From positions 1 to 64,000 of the IMG/VR virus record IMGVR_UViG_3300017911_001939: a stretch of 64,000 bases of DNA; one strand, given 5' to 3'. The notes below the pieces were generated by a model, which saw only the letters and a program-made list of their open reading frames with translations, was not told the DNA's origin and did no database searches. The stretch is from a virus. Taxonomy: Duplodnaviria > Caudoviricetes. Below, piece by piece: positions 18,827 to 28,425 of this stretch (its first letter is position 1; every line of letters starts with the position of its first letter). Position numbers and translations under genes: made by a program.

Positions 18827-19515
18827 TTAATGCATATGTGATTACAATTCCGGCAGACGAGTTGTGTGATAGAGCTTTTCGTAGATGCGAAAGATCTGCA
18901 CCGGGCAATGTCAAAATTAATAGATTTGATGCTATCACTCCGGGCTCTGTCGAAAGATTAATGAAAAAACATAAACTCAAATGGACATATCCATGGGAAA
19001 GTCAAGAGTTTCATTTTCAAACCGGTCTTATTCTAAATCCGTATCAAACTAAAAACCGTGGTGCGAGAATGGGATGTTTTCTTTCTCACTATATGTTATG
19101 GGAAAGATGCATTAAGCATGATGTGCCTATTGTAATTAATGAACATGATGCAATTTATACTGGTGACGAATTACCTTTAGAAAAATTAAACAATTCAAAA
19201 TATGATATTATTGGTTTAAACAATCCGATCGGTGCTACCCGATTAGCAAAGGCGTATGATAGAATAGTTCAAGAAAATCCACATAATATTACTCGAGCTC
19301 CTCTTATCGACGAGCATACTGTTCCTCAAGGAATTGCTGGGAATTCTTCATACTATATTAGACCATCTGGTGCACAAATAATGTTAGATCTTGTAAAAGA
19401 ATACGGCTGTTGGCCTAATGATGCTATCATGAATCGTCAACTTATTCCTACACTGGGACAGACTAAACATTATTATACATATGTTCAAGGATTAAGGAGT
19501 ACTACTACGCTATGA
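18823..19515 (+). CDS. Glycosyltransferase family 25
   Basis: GCFLSHYMLW, INEHDA, GNSSYYIRPSGA. Confidence 0.8.
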   Translation: MINAYVITIPADELCDRAFRRCERSAPGNVKINRFDAITPGSVERLMKKHKLKWTYPWESQEFHFQTGLILNPYQTKNRGARMGCFLSHYMLWERCIKHDVPIVINEHDAIYTGDELPLEKLNNSKYDIIGLNNPIGATRLAKAYDRIVQENPHNITRAPLIDEHTVPQGIAGNSSYYIRPSGAQIMLDLVKEYGCWPNDAIMNRQLIPTLGQTKHYYTYVQGLRSTTTL

Positions 19516-20165
19516 AATTAGAAGCTTATGTAATTACAATTAGAGATAATCCAGATTCAATTGAAGCTGCTAAAAGATGTATTGACTCTGGAAAAAAGTA
19601 CGGCATTCCTGTTAAACATTTTTGGGCATATACTCCAAAGAATACTGACTTAAAAGCACACTTTGCTCATTATAATTTACCAGAAGTTAATTTCCATGAA
19701 AAATATTCTCGGTTAGAAAATTGTATGGCAGCATTTTCTTCGCATCATGCATTATGGAGAATGGCAAAAAATGAGAAAAAGCCTATTCTAGTTCTTGAGC
19801 ACGATGCAGTATTTGTTGATGCCTTGCCTAAAACCATTTTCGGCCATGTTGTATCATTTGGTAAACCTTCGTATGGAAAATATAATGAATCACCGACTTT
19901 AGGTGAACAACCATTATTTTCTAAAAGATATTTTCCCGGTGCACATGCATATATGGTTACACCACTCGGTGCAGCACAGCTATTAAAAAGGGCAGAGATT
20001 GACGCAGCACCTACAGATGTATTTTTACATCTTGACAAATTTGACAGAATACTAAGAGAATTTTATCCGTGGCCAATTGAAGCACATGATTATTTCACAA
20101 CGATACAAAATGAAAACGGTTGCTATGCAAAACACAACTTTGACGAAAACTATCAAATCATTTAA
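19512..20165 (+). CDS. Glycosyltransferase family 25
   Basis: AAFSSHHALW, LVLEHDA, GAHAYMVTPLGA. Confidence 0.8.
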   Translation: MKLEAYVITIRDNPDSIEAAKRCIDSGKKYGIPVKHFWAYTPKNTDLKAHFAHYNLPEVNFHEKYSRLENCMAAFSSHHALWRMAKNEKKPILVLEHDAVFVDALPKTIFGHVVSFGKPSYGKYNESPTLGEQPLFSKRYFPGAHAYMVTPLGAAQLLKRAEIDAAPTDVFLHLDKFDRILREFYPWPIEAHDYFTTIQNENGCYAKHNFDENYQII

Positions 20166-20796
20166 AAAAGCTTTCATCACTGGCGCAGATAGCAACACCG
20201 AATGGATGTTACCGTGGTTCTTCGAAAATTACAAGAAGCACAATAAGACACCAATCCTTCTTGCAGACTTTGGCATGAAAAACCCAAAGAAATACAAGAA
20301 GTATGTGCATGCTATTATTGACATGACACATATTCAAGAAGAAGGTTGGTTTAAAAAGCCGAAGGCAATCATTTATTCTCCTGCTGAAATGACAGTATGG
20401 ATCGATACTGATTGTGAAGTGCTTAAACCAATTGATGACATCTTTGATCGCTTAGAACCAAACAAACTGAATATGGTAAAAGATAAGCCATGGTCAAAAC
20501 GATTTGGTATGGAGATGTATAACTCTGGGATTGTGGGTGTTATTAAGAAGCCTAATATTCTTTACGATTGGGCCAAACAAGTACAAGAAAATCCTGCACG
20601 TGGAGATCAAGAGACTCTTGCTCAGATGCTCGATGATCCTCTCAAAACTCTCACATATATAAATCCAATACCGAACGAATATAATTGGCTTCGTGTACAG
20701 GTTGCAAATGATAGGCAAAATAGCCCACATAAAAAAGTAATGCACTGGACTGGAGCTAAAGGTAAGGACAAAATCAAGGAGAAGATGCGTGCCTAG
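20140..20796 (+). CDS. Glycosyltransferase (GT-A fold, GT8-like); start uncertain
   Basis: GWFKKP, WIDTDC, YNSGIV, GDQETL, YNWL, MHWTG. Confidence 0.75.
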   Translation: MTKTIKSFKKAFITGADSNTEWMLPWFFENYKKHNKTPILLADFGMKNPKKYKKYVHAIIDMTHIQEEGWFKKPKAIIYSPAEMTVWIDTDCEVLKPIDDIFDRLEPNKLNMVKDKPWSKRFGMEMYNSGIVGVIKKPNILYDWAKQVQENPARGDQETLAQMLDDPLKTLTYINPIPNEYNWLRVQVANDRQNSPHKKVMHWTGAKGKDKIKEKMRA

Positions 20797-21466
20797 AGTA
20801 GTTCATGTAATTGGTAATGGTGATAAGGCCGAACTGTTTCAGCGTAAACCTCGTAAAGGTTTAAAAATCGCATGTAACCAAACACCATTTCCTATTGAAG
20901 ACAAATACGCAACAGCAATGGTCGACTTCAAGTTTATGAATGCTATGAAGAGTGGATCAGTTGTAATTGATGGTAAATGGATTTGCGGGTTTAGACCACA
21001 GAAATGGTGTAACGATAATCCATCTTATCATATGAAATGGGCTCAACAAATTCGTGAGTTCTATACAGAATTACCTAAATACGCGTTGATGCCAGGTGAT
21101 GGTGTTGGTCAAGGCTATACTAATTTTAACTGTGGTCATTTAGCAGTACATTATGCATGTAATAGACTAAAGGCAGATGAAGTGCATATGTATGGTTTCG
21201 ATTCTATTTTTGATTGGAATCCACGTAGCTTCTCAGATCTTGTTCTTAATTCTGACCGTGGTAATACCAATAGTCATCGTTTGATCGGCAATTGGCGTCC
21301 AATCTGGACAGGTATGTTTCTCGAGTTTAAAGATACTAAGTTTGTTCTACATCATACTCACGACAAATTTAAAATTAAAGTAAGTGATAATGTGTATGCA
21401 GAAGTATATGGACCTGAGAAAAAAGAAGCTGCACCACTAGATCCTAACGAATTTTCTTCGGCATAG
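20789..21466 (+). CDS. Putative glycosyltransferase (sialyltransferase/DUF115-like fold)
   Basis: HVIGNG, IACN, NCGHLAV, MYGFD motifs. Confidence 0.55.
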   Translation: MPRVVHVIGNGDKAELFQRKPRKGLKIACNQTPFPIEDKYATAMVDFKFMNAMKSGSVVIDGKWICGFRPQKWCNDNPSYHMKWAQQIREFYTELPKYALMPGDGVGQGYTNFNCGHLAVHYACNRLKADEVHMYGFDSIFDWNPRSFSDLVLNSDRGNTNSHRLIGNWRPIWTGMFLEFKDTKFVLHHTHDKFKIKVSDNVYAEVYGPEKKEAAPLDPNEFSSA

Positions 21467-21469
21467 CTA

Positions 21470-21498
21470 TTTACAAATGCTCTATTACTTGGTATAAT
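21470..21498 (+). promoter_or_regulatory. Sigma70-like promoter
   Basis: TTTACA-N17-TATAAT, GGAG RBS downstream. Confidence 0.75.
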
Positions 21499-21522
21499 AA
21501 TACAAATAATGGAGTAAACGAT

Positions 21523-21954
21523 ATGCTAAGTATTAACGTCATAGGTGGCACTCAAGCCGAAAGGTCCTTAGTCGTGGATGCATTTGATTTTGCATGCAAA
21601 GAACTGATGCCTCGTAAACAAAACCTTGACGTTGAAGTTATGCTCACTGATATCGAAGGCGATGCAGATGGATTTCATCTTTGTGTAGATACTAATGAAC
21701 ATGAAATCGAACTGCAACGTGGTCTCATCGAAGAAGACTTAGCAACCGCACTCTTTCACGAAATGGTACATGTACGTCAGCACTGTCGCGGCAGACTAAA
21801 AGATAACGGAGTCATCAAAGTCTGGGATGGCGTCGAGTACCTCTCGCTTTATTCCACTGTAGAAGAATATATGGCATTGCCATGGGAGGAAGAAGCGTAT
21901 AGACTCCAAGAGGAACTATATACAAAATGGAATACTCTTTCGGAATCCCACTAA
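21523..21954 (+). CDS. HExxH metallopeptidase-like protein
   Basis: LFHEMVHVRQ and PWEEEAY. Confidence 0.75.
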   Translation: MLSINVIGGTQAERSLVVDAFDFACKELMPRKQNLDVEVMLTDIEGDADGFHLCVDTNEHEIELQRGLIEEDLATALFHEMVHVRQHCRGRLKDNGVIKVWDGVEYLSLYSTVEEYMALPWEEEAYRLQEELYTKWNTLSESH

Positions 21955-22109
21955 ATAAAAAACCACTTAACGCTGAAGAAACTAATGATCTTATGAAGCG
22001 TAATGTGTACGAATTGCAGCAGTCACTGCAATCAGCGTATGTTCGTATTAAAGAACTGCGCGAAGAAAATGACGAACTCAAAGCAAAACTTAATCAATTA
22101 GAAAATTAA
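21927..22109 (+). CDS. Small coiled-coil protein
   Basis: GAGG RBS; heptad C-terminus. Confidence 0.55.
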   Translation: MEYSFGIPLNKKPLNAEETNDLMKRNVYELQQSLQSAYVRIKELREENDELKAKLNQLEN

Positions 22110-22110
22110 A

Positions 22111-22143
22111 ATATTACAGTTTTGTTAGGTTTATTTTTATAAT
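22111..22143 (+). promoter_or_regulatory. Candidate Pho box plus -10 element
   Basis: ATATTAC-AGTT-TTGTTAG 11-bp-spaced degenerate repeat 9 nt upstream of TATAAT, directly before pstS. Confidence 0.35.
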
Positions 22144-22199
22144 AGTAAATAATAATGGATGGCGCGTTGAGTGGCCATCTGTTATTCATAGGAGAAAAC

Positions 22200-23255
22200 A
22201 TGAAAAAACTAATCGCAACCATTGCTCTTGTAGCAGCGGCCTCAACTGCGCATGCTCGAGAGTATGTTTCAATCGCAGGTTCATCTACTGTCCTGCCTTT
22301 TGCCACCATTGTAGCCGAACAGGCTGGTGGTAATCCAAATATGAAAACACCCGTTGTAGAGTCTGGTGGCTCTTCGGTTGGTAAAAAAGGCGTGTGCGAA
22401 GGTATCGGTACACAATTCATTGACATCGGTAACGCATCTTCGCGGATGAAAGTAAAAGAACTGGCTTATTGTGACGAAAACAATGTTGCAGTAACAGAAA
22501 TTAAAGTAGGTTACGACGGTATTGTTGTGGCCCACTCAAGAGAAGGAACTCCCTTGAACATCACTAAGGCAGAACTTGGTATGGCGCTGACTGCAGAAAT
22601 TCCTGCATGCTATGAAGGTTCCGGTCGTAACTTTAACTGTGATGCATGGATTCCAAACCCATTTAAAAAGTGGAGCGACATTAACCCTAATCTTCCTGAT
22701 ATTGCTATCAGAGTCATGGGACCCCCAACAACATCTGGTACTCGCGCATCTTACGTAGAGATGGTAAACCAGAAAGGTTATTGTGCAAAGGATCCTATTG
22801 CTAAGGCAGCATCAAAAGCTCGTGGAGATAAAAAAGGTAAGAAGTGCCGCGCAATGCGTACCGATGGTGCCTACATCGAAGCAGGCGAACAAGATAATCT
22901 AATTGTGCAAAAGCTTCAAGAGGACACTGGTACATATGGTATCTTTGGTTTCTCCTATCTTGATCAGAACTCTGACACTCTTATGGGTGCAGTGATTTCT
23001 GGAACAAACCCAACATTTGAAAATATTGCTGCTGGTGACTATGCAGTATCACGCGCCCTTTACTTTTATGTAAAGCACTCACATATTGGTGTTGTTCCTG
23101 GGATTGATGCATATATGAATGAGTGGAAAAAACACTGGGGTGAAGATGGCATGCTTGCAGATGCAGGTATGATTCCAATGCCTCAAGCAGAACGTGATGA
23201 AATGGCATTACGTATGGAAAATCTTCCAAAGTTAACTGCAGACGATCTCAAATAA
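22200..23255 (+). CDS. pstS: Phosphate ABC transporter substrate-binding protein
   Basis: Signal peptide; IAGSSTVLP, DIGNASSR, GYDGIV, PTTSGTR, GIFGFSY, YAVSRALYFY. Confidence 0.9.
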   Translation: MKKLIATIALVAAASTAHAREYVSIAGSSTVLPFATIVAEQAGGNPNMKTPVVESGGSSVGKKGVCEGIGTQFIDIGNASSRMKVKELAYCDENNVAVTEIKVGYDGIVVAHSREGTPLNITKAELGMALTAEIPACYEGSGRNFNCDAWIPNPFKKWSDINPNLPDIAIRVMGPPTTSGTRASYVEMVNQKGYCAKDPIAKAASKARGDKKGKKCRAMRTDGAYIEAGEQDNLIVQKLQEDTGTYGIFGFSYLDQNSDTLMGAVISGTNPTFENIAAGDYAVSRALYFYVKHSHIGVVPGIDAYMNEWKKHWGEDGMLADAGMIPMPQAERDEMALRMENLPKLTADDLK

Positions 23256-23281
23256 AAAATAAAAAAAATCACAAACTATTG

Positions 23282-23311
23282 AAAACGTACCGTTTTTCGG
23301 TGCGTTTTTTT
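23282..23311 (+). terminator. Rho-independent terminator after pstS
   Basis: AAAACGTACCG-TTTTT-CGGTGCGTTTT followed by T-run. Confidence 0.7.
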
Positions 23312-23312
23312 A

Positions 23313-23341
23313 TGTACAAATCCAGAAGAACAGGGTATAAT
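23313..23341 (+). promoter_or_regulatory. Phage early promoter
   Basis: TGTACA-N17-TATAAT; GAGGAG RBS. Confidence 0.8.
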
Positions 23342-23370
23342 AATCCTATAATCAAAGAGGAGAGAAGATT

Positions 23371-23679
23371 ATGTACATCATGGAAAAAGCCCTTCGTGAC
23401 TACATCAACGATCAGCGTAAAGAAGCTGAAGAGTTTTCTAAAAAGCCTGGTTGTTGGATGGGTAAGATGGTCGATCCTGACGATACAGAGTATTGGTCAG
23501 AGCGTGCACCGTGTGGTACCCTTAAAGGGTTTCAGCGCATCGAACTTATCGAAGATGCGTACTACATCACGGCAGATCGGACTAGCAAGTCCTATGCCAG
23601 GTCGTTGGACTTTGCTAACTGGTCCGACAAAAATCTTATACGCCACATCGAGCGTATGGGTGAAAGGGAGTGTTCATAA
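23371..23679 (+). CDS. Hypothetical early protein
   Basis: Strong RBS, 102 aa. Confidence 0.75.
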   Translation: MYIMEKALRDYINDQRKEAEEFSKKPGCWMGKMVDPDDTEYWSERAPCGTLKGFQRIELIEDAYYITADRTSKSYARSLDFANWSDKNLIRHIERMGERECS

Positions 23680-23948
23680 TGGATAGTGTATTCTTTCTTG
23701 ACGAAGGCGATTGGATCATCCTTGAGCCTAAAACCAAACATGCGAAGGATCGTATTGCCCAACATGGTGATTGTTGGTTGGTTACCGATCTGAAAGAAGG
23801 TAAAGCCATCCTTCGGTCACAACATCGAACCTTCTCTGTTCGTACACGTGACGCAGCTAAGACCGAAGAGTGGACCACACACAAGATCCATGATGGTCGT
23901 TGGATTGATCTGCACAATGATAGAGATTTTACTTGGAGGAGAGTGTAA
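23679..23948 (+). CDS. Hypothetical early protein
   Basis: GGGAG RBS, TAATG coupling. Confidence 0.7.
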   Translation: MDSVFFLDEGDWIILEPKTKHAKDRIAQHGDCWLVTDLKEGKAILRSQHRTFSVRTRDAAKTEEWTTHKIHDGRWIDLHNDRDFTWRRV

Positions 23949-24196
23949 TGCAATTAGATTTATTTACAGATTCGGCTGATCAAGCCAATATCGCAGTTGA
24001 TGGTTTGCCAAAGCACGGTTCACCACAAGATCGTGGTTCTGCAGATCGCTATTATGGTCGTCAATGGTCTCCGCACTATTATCCTGAAGGAACTTATGTT
24101 GGTTCTCGTATCGGTGTCGAAGATATGACACCTGCTCAAATCGTTGAATATAACTACGGTTGGGAAAACGAAGATGATCGAAAGGATTGGGGTTAA
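23948..24196 (+). CDS. Hypothetical early protein
   Basis: GGAGGAG RBS; HGSPQDRGSADRYYGR motif. Confidence 0.75.
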   Translation: MQLDLFTDSADQANIAVDGLPKHGSPQDRGSADRYYGRQWSPHYYPEGTYVGSRIGVEDMTPAQIVEYNYGWENEDDRKDWG

Positions 24197-24351
24197 TGTA
24201 TACCTACACTTATCGTGACAACCGTCACATGATGATTCGCACTGGCGATGGTGTTGAATTTTATCTTAATGCTTATGCAGACCATTTTGGTCCGCTGTCA
24301 GTAAACGAACAGAATGAGCTTGCAAAGATATGGAACGGATCGAAGTCTTAA
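24196..24351 (+). CDS. Small hypothetical protein (51 aa)
   Basis: TAATG-coupled ORF MYTYTYRDNRH... Confidence 0.55.
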   Translation: MYTYTYRDNRHMMIRTGDGVEFYLNAYADHFGPLSVNEQNELAKIWNGSKS

Positions 24352-24497
24352 TCTTGCAACTCATGACAGTTGAGCCCGCAGCATTGGCGCTTTTTCTCCT
24401 CTCCTCTCTAGCGCTGCTGTGGGTTCTCCGCATTATTTTGTTTATGAAAGTCTGGGTTTTTCTTGCTATTATTATCACTTTTTTTTACTTTTTTTAA
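24330..24497 (+). CDS. Small, very hydrophobic membrane protein (55 aa)
   Basis: MERIEVLILQLMTVEPAALALFLLSSLALLWVLRIILFMKVWVFLAIIITFFYFF. Confidence 0.5.
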   Translation: MERIEVLILQLMTVEPAALALFLLSSLALLWVLRIILFMKVWVFLAIIITFFYFF

Positions 24498-24506
24498 AAA
24501 AAAGCA

Positions 24507-24535
24507 TGTACAAAGCAGGGAAAACAGGGTAGAAT
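24507..24535 (+). promoter_or_regulatory. Phage early promoter
   Basis: TGTACA-N17-TAGAAT; A-tract upstream; GAGGAG RBS. Confidence 0.8.
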
Positions 24536-24565
24536 ATACCTATAATTGATGATGAGGAGAAAATC

Positions 24566-24820
24566 ATGAAATATGCAATCACTAAAGACATGACCACTGC
24601 TGAACGTTTAGCTGTTATCAAAAAGCATGCAGACAAGTTCAACAAAAAGGTCAAGCGCAACCATCGTGTTAAGCGCACCGAAACTTCTGTTATGGATCGT
24701 CAGTACGACGATAACATGAATATCAATGCATACACAGATGCACCTAAATATGTCGACGAACATTATGGCGATCGTTTCCGCGATCAGCAGTCTTATGAAT
24801 CATACGAAGGATGGAACTAA
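24566..24820 (+). CDS. Hypothetical early protein
   Basis: Strong RBS, 84 aa. Confidence 0.75.
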   Translation: MKYAITKDMTTAERLAVIKKHADKFNKKVKRNHRVKRTETSVMDRQYDDNMNINAYTDAPKYVDEHYGDRFRDQQSYESYEGWN

Positions 24821-24984
24821 TGCAAGGTTTTGAATTTGAAGGTATGTGGATCGAAGATCCAACCATGTCACCATGTGGCCGTTTCGAAGTCGATCCAGTA
24901 GAATACTATGGTTTCGATTACCTTGTAACCACCAGCGTAGGAGATAAGTCAGATGACAATGCATCTTGTCCGCGGAATGACTAG
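24820..24984 (+). CDS. Small hypothetical protein (54 aa)
   Basis: TAATG-coupled; SPCGRFEVDPVEYYG. Confidence 0.55.
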   Translation: MQGFEFEGMWIEDPTMSPCGRFEVDPVEYYGFDYLVTTSVGDKSDDNASCPRND

Positions 24985-25312
24985 CATAAATAGTCGCAAG
25001 CGCCGTGTCAATAAAAAACCTGGTCATGCTGAAGCACAAGCCAAGCATGACAAGTGGCTTCGCAAAATGGGTGTTCACCCAGACCAGTTGAAAGGGAAAA
25101 AGAAAGATGCGGGCAACGCGATTCCAGACTATGCAGCGACTAAACCAGCAATCCCGACGTCGGACAGGATCTGCGGAATCGCTGGACGTAAAGAAGCGCA
25201 GCAATACACTGGTACCCTTATCAAAGGTATTGCAACAATGCATAAGTCCAACATGGTCCCAATCATCAGCAAAGATGATGCTAAAGAAGTCGCACGGATG
25301 AGGAGAGGATAA
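24953..25312 (+). CDS. Conserved hypothetical protein
   Basis: AGGAG RBS; YTGTLIKGIATMHKSNMVPI motif. Confidence 0.75.
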   Translation: MTMHLVRGMTSINSRKRRVNKKPGHAEAQAKHDKWLRKMGVHPDQLKGKKKDAGNAIPDYAATKPAIPTSDRICGIAGRKEAQQYTGTLIKGIATMHKSNMVPIISKDDAKEVARMRRG

Positions 25313-25758
25313 TGATAGCTGAAGCAATTGTTTGTTTGGCTTTGAATGTTTATTTCGAAGCACGCAATCAACCATTGACTGGTCAGATTGCAGTAACTCA
25401 AGTCGTTATGAATCGTGTTGAGTCTGAGTATTTTCCAGACACTGTATGTGAAGTTGTTTATCAAGGACCAACACGTCCACAATGGAGTAATCCTGATTTG
25501 GATATTCCAGTACGTCATCGTTGCCAGTTTAGTTGGTATTGCGATGGCAAATCAGATGAGCCAAAAGATCAAGAAGCATGGGAGATGGCAGTACAAGTAG
25601 CGTGGGGTGTTTACCATGATCAAGTATACGATCTCGTCGATGGTTCTCTTTGGTATCATGCTGACTATGTAACACCAGGTTGGGCTTCTCAAAAGACTGA
25701 ACGAGCCAGAATTGGTGACCACATATTCTATGGGTGGAAAGGTTATGAAACTAATTGA
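25312..25758 (+). CDS. Cell wall hydrolase, SleB/Hydrolase_2 family
   Basis: CLALNVYFEARNQ, VVMNRV, CQFSWYCDG, IGDHIFY. Confidence 0.9.
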   Translation: MIAEAIVCLALNVYFEARNQPLTGQIAVTQVVMNRVESEYFPDTVCEVVYQGPTRPQWSNPDLDIPVRHRCQFSWYCDGKSDEPKDQEAWEMAVQVAWGVYHDQVYDLVDGSLWYHADYVTPGWASQKTERARIGDHIFYGWKGYETN

Positions 25759-26253
25759 TTTGGTAAAAGTGTATCGTGGTGCATTCTCACCAGAACACTG
25801 TGAAGCGTTGATAGATATCTTCGAACATAATGCATCGAAGAGTTTTGAAACAGACATCATGAAGTTTGATCAATGCACACTCATGAATAATAATCCGCCA
25901 ACTATGGCAGCCGTACAAAATTTTCTAAATCATTTTGACGGTTACCGTAAATGGCTCAACAGTCGAGGGCAGAAATATCTGCCTGAGGCTGTAGAACTCG
26001 AACAGCTGAGAATTAAGAAATATCCAATCGATGGTTATTTCCGTGAACATATTGATGCTGCTGATAGACAATCGTCTAAACGATTCCTTTCGGCGTTTGT
26101 GTATTTAAATGATAGTGGAGGAACTAAGTTCTTTGACAAAACGATAAAGGCAGAAACAGGTACAATGGTCATCTTCCCTCCACAGTGGATGTTTCCTCAT
26201 ACTGGACTTGTTGGTAAAAAGCCTAAATACTTTTTGTCTACGTATTTACATTT

Positions 26254-26263
<10 letters not shown>
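25745..26263 (+). CDS. 2OG-Fe(II) oxygenase
   Basis: HID iron motif, VYLND-GGT-F, FPPQWMFPH, KY. Confidence 0.85.
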
Positions 26264-26330
<67 letters not shown>

Positions 26331-26348
26331 AACCTTTGGAGAATAATT

Positions 26349-26543
26349 ATGGGTTTACTCGTCGTAGTTGGTATGATGCTGTTTAGTGCAGATAATGCCG
26401 AATTTATTGAAACTTCTGTAGCACAGCAAGAAGCTGGTTACGAATGGAATTATGTTGGTGTACAAGAACCATCAGGCACACCTGCTCTTGTAGCAGAAGG
26501 TGGCAATGGTAATAAATACATTTTGTTTCGACTAGAAAAATAA
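26349..26543 (+). CDS. Small exported/membrane protein between tRNAs
   Basis: GGAG RBS, hydrophobic N-terminus. Confidence 0.65.
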   Translation: MGLLVVVGMMLFSADNAEFIETSVAQQEAGYEWNYVGVQEPSGTPALVAEGGNGNKYILFRLEK

Positions 26544-26549
26544 GGGATT

Positions 26550-26625
<76 letters not shown>

Positions 26626-26632
26626 TTACTAT

Positions 26633-27061
26633 ATGATCAAAATTATCGATAGCGAATTTAATCTTTTTAAGGATGATCCAGTCCGACCACATCTATCCGC
26701 AGAATTTAGAACAACGGAGAACCGTAAGGCATTTGCTCTTATGGACGAGGACGGATATAATGTAAGAGCAGTCGTATGCGTTGCCTTTACAGATAAGGTT
26801 GCAACTACAGAGGAAGAACTTATCTCACCTGGTGCAATCGCAATGTTCTACACAGTATGGTCATATAACAAAGGTGCAGGTCGTGAGATTATTTTTGAGA
26901 CGGTAGAATGGATCAAAGAAAACTTGCCACTTATTGAGAGATTTGTAACTCTTAGCCCTCAAACAAATATGGCTTACAAATTCCATACGAGAAATGGTGC
27001 AGAGATTATCTCTGTGAATGATACGAGTATTAATTACGAATATGCCTCTGTGGTGGAATAG
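26633..27061 (+). CDS. GNAT-like fold protein
   Basis: FYTVWSYNKGAGREII, RFVTLSP, FHTRNGA motifs. Confidence 0.55.
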   Translation: MIKIIDSEFNLFKDDPVRPHLSAEFRTTENRKAFALMDEDGYNVRAVVCVAFTDKVATTEEELISPGAIAMFYTVWSYNKGAGREIIFETVEWIKENLPLIERFVTLSPQTNMAYKFHTRNGAEIISVNDTSINYEYASVVE

Positions 27062-27128
27062 GTAGACACAACGGACTTAAAATCCGTCGGCTTTGGCCGT
27101 GCGAGTTCGAGTCTCGCCGGAGGCACCA
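27044..27128 (+). tRNA. tRNA-Leu(TAA)
   Basis: Acceptor GCCTCTG/CGGAGGC, ACGGA-CT-TAA-AA-TCCGT, long variable arm, CCA. Confidence 0.95.
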
Positions 27129-27131
27129 TAA

Positions 27132-27208
<77 letters not shown>

Positions 27209-27237
27209 TTTTTTTTGAAAAAAGTGCATTTTAGGCA

Positions 27238-27266
27238 TGTACAACGCCTGCATAATGTGGTAGAAT
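27238..27266 (+). promoter_or_regulatory. Phage early promoter
   Basis: TGTACA-N17-TAGAAT; AAGGAG RBS. Confidence 0.75.
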
Positions 27267-27297
27267 AGGATAGAAAATTGGAAAAGGAGAGAGTTCC

Positions 27298-28425
27298 ATG
27301 CCACTCGCTAAACGTAAAAAGAAAAATGTCCCTATCCGCCGCCGTACTGGTATGGCTGGCGTACCTGTAGATAAGGGCTTCGAAGTAACACAAATTTATT
27401 TTCAGAATGAAGTGTCTCGTAAAGATGCAGTTGATCAGATCAAGACCTTTATTAAGAATAACTTCAGCAAGTCTGAAGCAAAGTTTATTCTTGCCAATCC
27501 AGAATGGAAGGTGATGAGTAGCTACTATCATGCTGCTACTGCCTTTTGGTATAATGCTGGAATGGAAGAATGTGAGAGATCATTGTACTGGAAACAGGCA
27601 ATGGTGAAGAGGCAGTCTGAGCTTGTCGAATCAGGCAAAGACTTATATTATGAGAAGTTGCAGGCGAAGCAAGACTCCGATAAGGTAGTCAGTCTCTCTC
27701 CTCAGCAACGTCTGCAACAAAAGATCTCGAACACTATCATGCAAGATCTTCTTGAACTTGAAGATAAGTGGATCGAGGGAGATAAAGCCTCTATTGACGT
27801 TTACGGTCTTTTCCGTAAACATGGGTTGAGTGGATCCGCCACCATCCCAGTACGTAAGGTGATTGAGGGCTGGTTGTTAGATTATGAAGATGCTTACCAT
27901 AAGCGTTGTGATCAAGCCGTCGAGGGCTATTCACATCTGAAACGACCAGAACTCAATCGCCGCATCAAAGAATGCAATGCTATGCTTGCAGATCTTGACA
28001 GAATTAAGAGTGCTGCTAAAGCTACACGTACTATTCGTGTTAAGAAGCCTCAGTCGATTGATAAACAAGTCGCTAAAGTCAAGTATCGTAAAGACGATAA
28101 AGACTTCAAGATTGTGTCTATCAATCCAGCTCAAGTAATTGGAAAGATGCGCTTGATCGTATTCAATGTCAAATATCGTAGATTGACAGAATATGTAACC
28201 AGCGATCCGAAAGGTTTCATTATCAAAGGTACTACTATTCAAAACTTTGACAAAGAGATCTCTCGTACACTTACACTTCGTAAACCGATGGATATACTTC
28301 CAATGGTATCGACTAAGACACCAAAGCAGTTTACGAAAATCCTTGATGGCATTAAGACAAAGCCATCTATACCAAATGGCCGTATCAATGAAGATACAGT
28401 ATTACTGAGAGCGGAGGCAAAATAA
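27298..28425 (+). CDS. Conserved T4-like phage hypothetical protein
   Basis: 375 aa; C-terminal TLRKP...PNGRINEDTVLL motif; precedes gp33. Confidence 0.75.
   Translation: MPLAKRKKKNVPIRRRTGMAGVPVDKGFEVTQIYFQNEVSRKDAVDQIKTFIKNNFSKSEAKFILANPEWKVMSSYYHAATAFWYNAGMEECERSLYWKQAMVKRQSELVESGKDLYYEKLQAKQDSDKVVSLSPQQRLQQKISNTIMQDLLELEDKWIEGDKASIDVYGLFRKHGLSGSATIPVRKVIEGWLLDYEDAYHKRCDQAVEGYSHLKRPELNRRIKECNAMLADLDRIKSAAKATRTIRVKKPQSIDKQVAKVKYRKDDKDFKIVSINPAQVIGKMRLIVFNVKYRRLTEYVTSDPKGFIIKGTTIQNFDKEISRTLTLRKPMDILPMVSTKTPKQFTKILDGIKTKPSIPNGRINEDTVLLRAEAK

Noticed and set aside
24800-25375. 191-aa minus-strand ORF and the many other short opposite-strand or alternate-frame ORFs in the track
   Set aside because: They overlap coupled genes with good RBSs and show no recognisable motifs
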